Shown here in pieces: positions 10,526 to 18,223 of a stretch of DNA of 32,000 nt. Under the pieces are notes generated by a model. That model saw nothing but the letters and a program-made list of their open reading frames with translations. It ran no database searches and was not told where the DNA came from. The position numbers were made by a program, and so were the translations under genes. This DNA is from an uncultured bacterium (GTDB taxonomy: Bacteria > Auribacterota > JACPWU01). The stretch spans positions 90,001-122,000 of the forward strand of contig CAZXEQ010000004.1 of the NCBI GenBank assembly GCA_964640155.1, in the 5' to 3' direction. Every line of letters begins with the position of its first letter. Within the stretch, counting starts at the first letter, position 1.

Positions 10526-10924
10526 ATGAGACCTAATTCAAAAAATCTGAAACATCTTTTGTTATTTATTCCTTTTCTTCTTATTTTCTTTTCAGCTTGC
10601 GGCAATAAGACTTCCATACTTGATGATAAACTCAGAAGAACCATCCTAGAAGGGGACAAAGGGCGAATCAAGGTCAGAGTTGAAATACAAGCTGGCTTTC
10701 CTGTAGAAATTGATAAGATTGATATTAAGCCGACCTTCAAGGAACTTTATACCTATACTGCAGTTGTGACATTTAAGCGTAAAAACATAGCCGAAGAAAA
10801 GAAGAGGGCTTCTTTGCCACAACTGGGAAGTTTGCCAGGGGCAAATGTACGAACGACGAGAATTCAAGGAAGATTCAAGTACTTAGAAGAAGAAGATCGT
10901 TGGTATTTTGATAACTTTATTTAA
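10526..10924 (+). CDS. hypothetical lipoprotein
   Basis: 132 aa with a signal peptide ending in a lipobox (LIFFSAC). I recognise no family. Confidence 0.6.
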   Translation: MRPNSKNLKHLLLFIPFLLIFFSACGNKTSILDDKLRRTILEGDKGRIKVRVEIQAGFPVEIDKIDIKPTFKELYTYTAVVTFKRKNIAEEKKRASLPQLGSLPGANVRTTRIQGRFKYLEEEDRWYFDNFI

Positions 10925-10945
10925 TGATTAAAAGGAGATTAAAAA

Positions 10946-11179
10946 ATGAGTGTTTCGGCATATGTCTTTATTGAAACAGCTCAAGCAAGAGCTAAAGAGG
11001 TTAATAAAGCTGTTAAAAAGGTTGAAGGTGTTAAATACTGTAATGCAGTTACAGGTCCTTATGATGTCATCGCATTTGTAGAAGCTTCTGACATTTCTAT
11101 ATTGGGGGAATTTGTTGTAGCTAAAATTCAGAATATATCAGGAGTAATCCGAACATTGACCAATGTTGTTGCAGATTAA
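10946..11179 (+). CDS. stand-alone Lrp/AsnC-type ligand-binding (RAM) domain protein
   Basis: 77 aa. The pattern AYVFIET...V.GVKYCNAVTGPYDVIAFVEA...L.EFV..KI..I.GV..T.T matches the AsnC_trans_reg/RAM beta-alpha-beta-beta-alpha-beta fold, with no HTH. A strong SD (AAAGGAG) lies upstream. Confidence 0.75.
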   Translation: MSVSAYVFIETAQARAKEVNKAVKKVEGVKYCNAVTGPYDVIAFVEASDISILGEFVVAKIQNISGVIRTLTNVVAD

Positions 11180-11293
11180 CAATTGACATCTGAACAAGCT
11201 TGGTGTAGTTTTTTCTCTACAAAATTCGGAATTGATTATTCGCTACATGAAGGTATAAGTTTAGCAAAATTATTTGAAAGGCAAATAAAACTC

Positions 11294-11851
11294 ATGGCAA
11301 TCTCGTCATCCTTTGTTCCTAAAAAAATGTTTTTTACAAAAGGGGTAGGCTCACACAAGGAAGAGTTAAGATCTTTTGAGCTAGCCTTAAGAGATGCAGG
11401 CGTAGAAAAATGTAACTTAGTACATGTTTCAAGCATTCTTCCACCACATTGTAAAATTATTTCCAAGAAGCAAGGGGTTAAAGAGCTTTTACCTGGAATG
11501 ATTACTTTTGTTGTTATGGCACAGTGCCGTAGCAATGAAGCAAATAGATTGGTTGCATCATCAGTGGGATGTGCCATTCCTACCGATAAAAGCATGTATG
11601 GATACCTAAGCGAGCATCATGCCTATGGCCAAACCGAAAAAGTAGCCAGTGACTACTCTGAAGATTTAGCTGCTGCAATGTTAGCCTCAACCTTGGGTCT
11701 TGAATTTGATGAAAATAAAGGCTGGGATGAGCAAAAAGAACTCTATCATTTAAGCGACAAAATTGTACGTTGTACAAATGTTACACAAACCGCCATTGTT
11801 AAAAATGGTGGATGGACAACTGTTGTTTCCTTAGGCGTTTTTATTCTCTAA
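11294..11851 (+). CDS. pdaD: pyruvoyl-dependent arginine decarboxylase
   Basis: [39 protein letters not shown] matches the PdaD family, including the self-cleaving Ser-Ser site that generates the pyruvoyl group. The ORF track begins at TTG 11183, which adds 37 non-homologous residues. I prefer ATG 11294. ATG 11327 is also possible. Confidence 0.85.
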   Translation: MAISSSFVPKKMFFTKGVGSHKEELRSFELALRDAGVEKCNLVHVSSILPPHCKIISKKQGVKELLPGMITFVVMAQCRSNEANRLVASSVGCAIPTDKSMYGYLSEHHAYGQTEKVASDYSEDLAAAMLASTLGLEFDENKGWDEQKELYHLSDKIVRCTNVTQTAIVKNGGWTTVVSLGVFIL

Positions 11852-11868
11852 TTTTTTCTTTATCCTCA

Positions 11869-11907
11869 AAAAGCCCAGTCAGCTCGAAAGAGAAGATTGG
11901 GCTTTTT
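11869..11907 (+). terminator. candidate intrinsic terminator after pdaD
   Basis: AAAAGCCCA (11869-11877) pairs with TGGGCTTTT (11898-11906). The GCCCA/TGGGC core is followed by TTTTT. The 20-nt loop contains an inner CTC-GAAA-GAG mini-hairpin. The loop is long for a canonical terminator. Confidence 0.45.
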
Positions 11908-11930
11908 GCCCACAAGACCACTATAAACCA

Positions 11931-11956
11931 AAATAGGCTCAAATTTCAGCCTATTT
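11931..11956 (+). terminator. second terminator-like hairpin abutting dif
   Basis: AAATAGGCT (11931-11939), an 8-nt loop, then AGCCTATTT (11948-11956), followed by TAAC. Perfect 9-bp stem whose 3' half ends in a T-run. Confidence 0.35.
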
Positions 11957-11958
11957 TA

Positions 11959-11986
11959 ACGTCGCATAATATATATTATGTTAAAT
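11959..11986. other. dif: dif-like XerC/XerD chromosome dimer resolution site
   Basis: ACGTCGCATAA-TATATA-TTATGTTAAAT compared with E. coli dif GGTGCGCATAA-TGTATA-TTATGTTAAAT. The XerD arm matches 11/11, the central hexamer 5/6 and the XerC arm 7/11 (CGCATAA conserved), for 23/28 overall. The inner 16 bp, CATAATATATATTATG, is a perfect palindrome. It sits in the gap where gene orientation converges. Confidence 0.8.
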
Positions 11987-12293
11987 TATATTGTATTTTA
12001 AATCAGGCGATAACATATGTAACTTGTTTGTTTTCAACTGGTTATATCTATTTTAAAATGTCTTGTGGATAAGTTGTGGAATTGAATTTCTTTAAAACTC
12101 TAAAATTTATTTATTCTTCTCTGCCAAGACAGATTGCCTGTATTCTGGCGCAGAGCGAACGATGATTTTTTAAAGAGATACAAAAATTGTGCCTTATAGC
12201 CCCTTTTTTCCTGAGCGGGATTGAGATAAAAGGCTTACGAACAAGTTAACGCGAGGCTATCCTTGAGCTATTTTAAGAGACGAGGAAAAATTT

Positions 12294-12335
12294 ATAATAA
12301 AAAAGGGAGTTAAGATTTTATTCTCAACTCCCTTT
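12294..12335 (-). terminator. intrinsic terminator after the Gly-zipper lipoprotein gene
   Basis: On the - strand, AAGGGAGTT (complement of 12326-12334), a 14-nt loop, then AACTCCCTT (complement of 12303-12311), followed by TTTATTATAAA. The stem is 9-10 bp and starts 32 nt after the TAA stop. Confidence 0.6.
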
Positions 12336-12366
12336 CCTTTTGAAAAATGAGCAATAAAAGCGCTCT

Positions 12367-12708
12367 TTATTCGACGATAAAAGTACTGTTATCAATTGGG
12401 CAACGAACTGAACTTCCTGGTCCGTAGTTTGAAACATCAACTTCATGACCCTGAGGGCAAAGCTGTATGCTAGATCTTTGAGCGGCTTTTTCCTCTTGGG
12501 AATGACCAATCAGACCACCAACTACAGCACCGCCTGCAGCTCCAATGGCAGCCCCAGCACCTGTTTCTCCTGATTGATGACCAATAATGCCTCCTAAAGC
12601 GCCTCCGGCTAAAGCACCACCTGCAGCGCCTTGCTCAGTTTGCGTACAACCATAGCTTAAGAGCCCTAAAGTGACAACAAGGCCTGTAAGATATACCAAA
12701 TTCTTCAT
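12367..12708 (-). CDS. glycine-zipper outer-membrane lipoprotein (Rick_17kDa_Anti/Gly-zipper-like)
   Basis: 113 aa with a signal peptide and lipobox (LLSYGC). Two GxxxG-rich zipper segments (GGALAGGALGGIIGH and GAAIGAAGGAVVGGLIGH). C-terminal 35 aa carry two CP motifs. GGAG SD 6 nt upstream of the ATG. Confidence 0.75.
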   Translation of the reverse strand: MKNLVYLTGLVVTLGLLSYGCTQTEQGAAGGALAGGALGGIIGHQSGETGAGAAIGAAGGAVVGGLIGHSQEEKAAQRSSIQLCPQGHEVDVSNYGPGSSVRCPIDNSTFIVE

Positions 12709-12741
12709 GTTTTTCTCCTTTTTTAAAAATATGACAAGAAC

Positions 12742-12769
12742 ATTATAAGAATGTTGGAAGATTTTTCAA
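12742..12769 (-). promoter_or_regulatory. candidate sigma70 promoter of the lipoprotein gene
   Basis: On the - strand, TTGAAA (12769-12764), a 16-nt spacer, then TATAAT (12747-12742), about 35 nt upstream of the start codon. Confidence 0.5.
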
Positions 12770-12872
12770 CTGGTTTCATAAAAGCTGTCATAGGTTGTAA
12801 GGCGTAAGTAATAAGTTAAGAAAAAAACTAGATATTTTTACTTACTGCTCATAATTGACAACTTACAACTGA

Positions 12873-15023
12873 TTATAAATCCGACACTTGAAACTCAAGT
12901 TCAGTTTCGAACTTTTGATTGGCAGGAAGCTGTATTTTATAAAGAAAAAGTAAACAAGATCCCTGGTAAGTCCTTTCAAAACCGCTTTCGGACTGAGAGA
13001 TAGTTTCTAAAGGAAAATGCCAAAGTTGCTGGGCTTGCGGATTTGAAGATAAATGTATTTTAAACTGATCTTCTGCGTTAACCAAGGATACAGATTGTCC
13101 TGGAGTTACTTCCCCTTTTGAATTTAAAAGAACCGCCGACGGTACTTGCTTTGAATTAAAGAGATAATGTCTCTTTTTATTATTTCCATCCAGGAGGGTT
13201 AAATTAAATTCAATTCCTAACCACATCTCTAAAGCTTGAGGATTATTAGAAGTAACTTGATAGTGGCATAAAAAGCTCTGGGGTGTTTTCTTTTTAAATG
13301 AAATGTTTTTCTCGATTGTAATAGACTGAGGCGATAAGCCATCCCGATAAAGGTGCCCTTCTCTTCTTAAAGAAATTTCAAGACCGTCTTTCTTCTCTTG
13401 AATGGTTTCTTCATAGGGTTGGTCTACAAAATCTCCCTCTTCTCTATATTGACAACGATAGAAATCTTCCCAAGAAGTTCCTGGCTTAATAAGATGATCC
13501 AAAAGTGAGTGACGTGTGTACCAGTCATAAAAAAGAAGGTTTTCTAATCCCTCTTCTTTGGCTGTATTTAAATCATGTATGGATTTGGGTTGATCTCCCG
13601 CTTTTTGTTGCTGTTCTTTCTGGGCTTTTGCAATTTTTTCATGATAACTTTCTTCACGTCTTGAAAGGACATTGGTTAAGTTAAATTGTTTGTATCTATA
13701 ATCAATTTCGGAAATGGAACCCCCATAGCCTGGTTGAAAATAAGCGTTAAGAGCCGGCGTTGTAACCAATATTTCGTCTTGACCATCACAATTATAATCC
13801 GTTTTTTCACACAAAAGATTTTGTGATTTGTTAAGCACTTTAAAAGCAATGTTTTCAGCTTCGATGAGGTGAGAATAGTTGGCATGTCGAAGATAATTAA
13901 GATAAAGCCCTCCAAACAATCCATGCCAATATGGACAATTACATTGACCTTTCCATAGTTCTTGCTGTGCAAGTTTTTTTTCTGAAGACTCTTCAGGCAT
14001 TTTCTCAATCAGATGACTCACATAAGTCATTTTCTTATGCATCAAATTGCTTTCTGGATACTTCGAGAAAAAATTTCTCCAAAACCCTCCTCTTAAAAAG
14101 GGTTTTAAAGATTCATAACGATTGGCATTTTTAAATTCGTGAACGACAGATTCATAGTTTTTCTGAGCTTTGGTGGGAAGTGACCATTCCATCATTTCCT
14201 CATAAGAAGCATTAGGAAGATAGATTCTACCGTTGGGACGAAAGTTGTCCATGTAGTCAGAATAAGTGCTCGTTTTAAGCCATGAATCATTTTGTTCTAA
14301 AAGGGACAATAATCGATCCAGGTATTTTTCTTCATAAACCCAATGATAGGTTCCTGGCCATAATCCAAATTTTTCACCATCATCCCCTAAGGTAATTCCC
14401 TTCCCTTCATATTGAGTAGAAGCCTTTCCAAAATATTCAATTGCGTTTTCAGGGGTGTTAAATGGAATAAGATAACGTAAATGTTTGCTAATCGGGAAAA
14501 TGGACAATGTTTTGCCTTCATCTTCTGTGACATAATAGCCAAACATACTTTCTTCTTGAAGGCCTGCATAGTAAAAGTGCGTGTCATCGAGAAGTGTGTA
14601 CTCTAACCCCGCTTGATGAATAATAGAAGCCAGTTGAGGCTCCCACACTCTTTCAGCTAACCACATACCGCGAGGTTTTTGACCAAAATTTTTCAGCAAA
14701 TAGTCTGACATTTTCTGAATTTGTCCGATGGCATCTCTTCTGGGAAGTGTAGAAATCAAAGGCTCATAAAAAGCTCCTCCTAAAAGTTCTACTTGGCCTT
14801 GATCCACGAGCTTTTTTAGTTGTTGTAGATATTGTGGCTTATTTTGCTCAATCCATTCAAAAAGTGGACCTGTGTGATGAAGGGATAATCGTATTTTAGG
14901 ATGTTGACTTAAAACTTCTAAAAAGGGTCCATAACAGGATTTCATGGCCTCTTCAAATACCCATTCAAAATTTCCAACAGGCTGATGATTATGAATCCCT
15001 AGAAGAAAAGTAATTTGTCCCAT
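12873..15023 (-). CDS. GH57 family 4-alpha-glucanotransferase/alpha-amylase-type enzyme
   Basis: 716 aa, colinear with my recollection of the Thermococcus litoralis GH57 4-alpha-glucanotransferase. Conserved regions are GIHNHQP, GQVELLGGAFYEP, WLAERVWEP (nucleophile Glu), GDDGEKFG (acid/base Asp) and QCNCPYWHGLFGG. The C-terminal FPLETISQSESGFE beta-domain is also present. Confidence 0.88.
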   Translation of the reverse strand: MGQITFLLGIHNHQPVGNFEWVFEEAMKSCYGPFLEVLSQHPKIRLSLHHTGPLFEWIEQNKPQYLQQLKKLVDQGQVELLGGAFYEPLISTLPRRDAIGQIQKMSDYLLKNFGQKPRGMWLAERVWEPQLASIIHQAGLEYTLLDDTHFYYAGLQEESMFGYYVTEDEGKTLSIFPISKHLRYLIPFNTPENAIEYFGKASTQYEGKGITLGDDGEKFGLWPGTYHWVYEEKYLDRLLSLLEQNDSWLKTSTYSDYMDNFRPNGRIYLPNASYEEMMEWSLPTKAQKNYESVVHEFKNANRYESLKPFLRGGFWRNFFSKYPESNLMHKKMTYVSHLIEKMPEESSEKKLAQQELWKGQCNCPYWHGLFGGLYLNYLRHANYSHLIEAENIAFKVLNKSQNLLCEKTDYNCDGQDEILVTTPALNAYFQPGYGGSISEIDYRYKQFNLTNVLSRREESYHEKIAKAQKEQQQKAGDQPKSIHDLNTAKEEGLENLLFYDWYTRHSLLDHLIKPGTSWEDFYRCQYREEGDFVDQPYEETIQEKKDGLEISLRREGHLYRDGLSPQSITIEKNISFKKKTPQSFLCHYQVTSNNPQALEMWLGIEFNLTLLDGNNKKRHYLFNSKQVPSAVLLNSKGEVTPGQSVSLVNAEDQFKIHLSSNPQAQQLWHFPLETISQSESGFERTYQGSCLLFLYKIQLPANQKFETELEFQVSDL

Positions 15024-15029
15024 ATAAAC

Positions 15030-17207
15030 TCAAGCGCTCCACATGTTATTTTCAAAGTCTTTGGTTGGCACAGAAAAGGTTAGAAATCCTGTATGAGGAT
15101 GCATTTCTAAAATGATTCCCTTGGATGCAATGGCAATTTTAAATTTAATTTCGTCTTCAGGAGCAAACTTAAACTCTTCAAAAGGAATTGCCAATTCAAA
15201 CATGTTTTCAAATGCGGCAGAAGATAATAATTTTCTTTTTTTATAATGAATACCGTCTTCGCTTTCTAACAACTCAAACATTTTTGAGACTTCTTTTTTA
15301 AAGAAATGCGACAGAACTATCTTATACTTGCAGTTGCCTGACTTTGTCAAGTAGATGATCAATTGAATTTCTTCAAGACAAGAATTATTTTTTTGGATTT
15401 CCTGATAGGGATCTATTCGCAAAAAGAAGTTTGAAAGATCAAACCCGAAAAATATTTGGCGAATATATTTATCGCTGCGATGCATTGAATTTTCTTGATA
15501 AGCACCGTAGAGACCCGCTTCATGCCATTCATAGAAATGAGAATTCTTGCCATCGATGGTCGGATGAACAAGGCCAATAGGAAGATGAACATCTAGAGGT
15601 TTTTGATGAACAAGAATAGACTGATGTAAAAATTCGGGGATTTCTGAACCTAAAATTTGGTAACAAGCCGAAAGATGAGCTCTGAAAAGTTGGTCAAATT
15701 CTTCATCATGTTCAGTTGAGAAATCATCCCCATACCACCAAAACCAATCACTTCCTTCAGCAATATAAATTTGCTCAAGCGCTTGTTTCTTTTTTTCTGG
15801 CGAAACATCCTTTGTGTTTTCCACAAAATCTCTTGTTCTTCTCAAATAATCCCAAGCTGTATTCTCTTCATGGGAACCAATCCAAATATCAAAATCATGA
15901 TGAATCCAAGATCCACTGTGAAGATGAGGTAAATATTCTCGCCCAGAGCTATCTTTTAGATATTGTGTAAAGGTTGTAGAACGAAAAGATGGGTTTTCTC
16001 CCAAAGCCTGATAAATCCCCCTTAAAAAACCCTCTCCCCCATCCTTGTAATGCTCCCAAGCATTTTCCCCATCTAAAATAATAGGAACCAAAGCCTCACT
16101 TTCAGAGGAAACGTGCTTTTGAATTTGCGTAAGATGCTCTAAAAAATTTTTTATAGAAGCTTCTGAAGTATTTTGCGAATAAGTAAATCCTATCAAGTCA
16201 GAGAGACCTCGATCACGAAATACTATATCAATATGATGATCTTGAAAAGTTGCCTGATAAGGTTTGAATAAAGCAATCCCCTTATTGTGTACAGGAATTG
16301 AATGAGTAAGAATTTCTTCGTCTGTTGCAATCCACTGTATCTGTTGCTTCTGAAAAATGGGAATGAGTTCTGGGCAAACAGATCCTTCTGAGGGCCACAT
16401 ACCTTCAGGGGCTTTTCCAAAGATATCTTTAAAAAAAGAAATTCCTTTTTGTATTTGTGCTTCTGCATCGTCGGGATGACTAAATCTCTTAGGCAAAGGT
16501 GATGAGCTCATACAACGTCTAGCGATATCAGTATCATAAATAAGAGGCAAAATAGGATGGTAAAAAGGAGAAGTTGTTAAATCAATCCTCCCTTCTTCGA
16601 AAGCTTTTTTATAAGAAGGAATGACTTGTTGAATGATCTTTCTTTGAAGTGAAATAATTTGATGAATTTCATCTATTGTAAAATCTTGACCCTTTTTAAT
16701 AAGCTCATTAATTTCGGGATATTTTTCACGAGCGCGATAACCAAACCATGCGAGATTTGCTAAAGCTTGTAAATCTTGAAAATCTTTTGTTTGAAAATTT
16801 TCAGAAATTTTCTTTAATTGATCGCGAGAAACAGAAAATCCTCTTTTTTTGAGAAGATCCCAATAACGTGGATGCATCTTGATCATGTTATCCCAATGAG
16901 CCATGAAAAAATTTTCAAGAATAAATATCTTCTGATCACCTTTTAATTCTTGTGCGGGAGTTAATGTGATTTCAAGAAAAGGATCGGTTGTTGTAGGGAT
17001 GCAATAATCTAAAAGCTGTTGAAGTAAGGATGGAACGAGATTAAAAGTAACTTTTGTATGGGGATATTCTTCAAGAAGGTCAATCATGTCAAAATAGCCT
17101 TTGATGGCATGAAGCCTCACCCAAGGCAAAATATAACGATTTTGAAGTGTGTCCTTGTAATAAGGTTGATGCATGTGCCAGAGAATGGCCACATGAAGAG
17201 GCTTCAA
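15030..17207 (-). CDS. GH57 family glycoside hydrolase, amylopullulanase-like subfamily
   Basis: Conserved regions WHMHQPYY, MWPSEGSV (nucleophile Glu), ILDGENAWEHY (acid/base Asp) and AEGSDWFWWYG. The ORF track starts at GTG 17279, overlapping galT by 76 nt. I prefer TTG 17207. GGAGG (17221-17217) lies 7 nt upstream, and the TTG overlaps the galT TGA stop as TTGA, giving an N-terminus of MKPLHVAILWHMHQP. Confidence 0.85.
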   Translation of the reverse strand: MKPLHVAILWHMHQPYYKDTLQNRYILPWVRLHAIKGYFDMIDLLEEYPHTKVTFNLVPSLLQQLLDYCIPTTTDPFLEITLTPAQELKGDQKIFILENFFMAHWDNMIKMHPRYWDLLKKRGFSVSRDQLKKISENFQTKDFQDLQALANLAWFGYRAREKYPEINELIKKGQDFTIDEIHQIISLQRKIIQQVIPSYKKAFEEGRIDLTTSPFYHPILPLIYDTDIARRCMSSSPLPKRFSHPDDAEAQIQKGISFFKDIFGKAPEGMWPSEGSVCPELIPIFQKQQIQWIATDEEILTHSIPVHNKGIALFKPYQATFQDHHIDIVFRDRGLSDLIGFTYSQNTSEASIKNFLEHLTQIQKHVSSESEALVPIILDGENAWEHYKDGGEGFLRGIYQALGENPSFRSTTFTQYLKDSSGREYLPHLHSGSWIHHDFDIWIGSHEENTAWDYLRRTRDFVENTKDVSPEKKKQALEQIYIAEGSDWFWWYGDDFSTEHDEEFDQLFRAHLSACYQILGSEIPEFLHQSILVHQKPLDVHLPIGLVHPTIDGKNSHFYEWHEAGLYGAYQENSMHRSDKYIRQIFFGFDLSNFFLRIDPYQEIQKNNSCLEEIQLIIYLTKSGNCKYKIVLSHFFKKEVSKMFELLESEDGIHYKKRKLLSSAAFENMFELAIPFEEFKFAPEDEIKFKIAIASKGIILEMHPHTGFLTFSVPTKDFENNMWSA

Positions 17208-18223
17208 CCTTCTGCCTCCTGGAGGTATTTGGCCGATTCTTCTGGAACAGTTGGATTGATATAAAATCCTGTCCCCCACTCAAAGCCTGCTACCTTGGTA
17301 AGACGAGGCATGATTTCAACATGCCAATGATAATCCTGATCAATGGTAGTCCAATAACCCCTTCTCTTCCACCTGACAGGACCTGTGTGCACAATATAAT
17401 TGTATTGTGGATGATTGAGGGCCCTAGCTAATTTGGAAAGCGTCATTCTCATGGCATCAGAAAAACCAAGCAATTCATTATGAGAAATGCTGTGAAAATC
17501 TGGATCATGACGTTTGGGTAAAACCATAATCTCAAATGGAAATCTAGAAGCAAAAGGACAAAACGAAACAAAATGTTCATTTTCGTAAATAACTCTCGAT
17601 TTTTGCCTCTGTTCTTCAATAAGAACATCACAGAAAACGCATCTGTCTTTGTATTCAAAATATTGTTGAGCGCCTTGTAATTCTTCTTTAACTCTTTTTG
17701 GCGTTACAGGAGTAGCAATCAACTGTGAATGAGGATGACTCAAGCTTGCACCTGCTAAAACCCCTTCATTCTTAAAGAAAAGAATATATTTAAAACGCAA
17801 ATCATTTTCTAAATCTTTTGCACGAACGCGATAAGCTTCAAAAACCTTGTACAAACTTTCAATAGAATGTTTTTCCATTTGGAGATCATGCTGAGGTGTT
17901 TCGATAATGACTTCATGGGCACCAATACCATTCATTCGATCATAAATCCCCACTCCCATTTTCCCAAGGTCCCCTTCGATTCTTAAGGCGGGAAATTTAT
18001 TAGGAACAACTCTGACTTCCCACCCAGGTGTGTTGGGTTGGCTGTGAGGATTGCGAATTGCAAAAATCTCAGGAGGTGTTTTAGATTCATTCCCTTCACA
18101 AAAAGGACACCCTTCTTTAGACGTATGCTCTTCCTCTGTTTTAAAATCAGTGGGTCTTTTCCCCCTTTCAGTAGCAATAATCACCCAACGACCAACAATA
18201 GGATCTTTTCTGAGCTCAGGCAT
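17204..18223 (-). CDS. galT: GalT-family (HIT branch III) hexose-1-phosphate nucleotidyltransferase
   Basis: 339 aa with the CPFCEGNE zinc-knuckle, the active site HPHSQL (HxHxQ) and a second half-domain with HWH. An 8-nt ATGCCTGA overlap joins it to the glgA stop. Confidence 0.85.
   Translation of the reverse strand: MPELRKDPIVGRWVIIATERGKRPTDFKTEEEHTSKEGCPFCEGNESKTPPEIFAIRNPHSQPNTPGWEVRVVPNKFPALRIEGDLGKMGVGIYDRMNGIGAHEVIIETPQHDLQMEKHSIESLYKVFEAYRVRAKDLENDLRFKYILFFKNEGVLAGASLSHPHSQLIATPVTPKRVKEELQGAQQYFEYKDRCVFCDVLIEEQRQKSRVIYENEHFVSFCPFASRFPFEIMVLPKRHDPDFHSISHNELLGFSDAMRMTLSKLARALNHPQYNYIVHTGPVRWKRRGYWTTIDQDYHWHVEIMPRLTKVAGFEWGTGFYINPTVPEESAKYLQEAEG

Noticed and set aside
11183-11293. N-terminal extension of pdaD from TTG 11183, as in the ORF track.
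   Set aside because: The 37 extra residues have no counterpart in PdaD proteins, which begin just before the FxTKGxG motif. ATG 11294 (or 11327) fits the family length.
11812-12072. 86-aa ORF on the + strand running from the end of pdaD into the gap.
   Set aside because: It overlaps the pdaD 3' end out of frame and runs through two terminator hairpins and the dif site. It has no SD and a low-complexity AT-driven composition.
11852-12366. Replication origin (oriC) hypothesis: large AT-rich intergenic region with a perfect DnaA box (12064-12072) and AT-rich tracts.
   Set aside because: Genes converge on this gap, whereas at an origin they diverge. There is only one perfect box plus weak ones. 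No dnaA, dnaN or gidA is nearby. The gap contains a dif-like site, which belongs opposite the origin.
12324-12509. 61-aa ORF on the - strand.
   Set aside because: It is an alternative frame inside the well-supported Gly-zipper lipoprotein gene and runs into its terminator.
17208-17279. N-terminal extension of the second GH57 from GTG 17279.
   Set aside because: It would overlap galT by 76 nt. TTG 17207 has a GGAGG SD at ideal spacing and a TTGA stop/start overlap, and it begins right before the conserved WHMHQP block.
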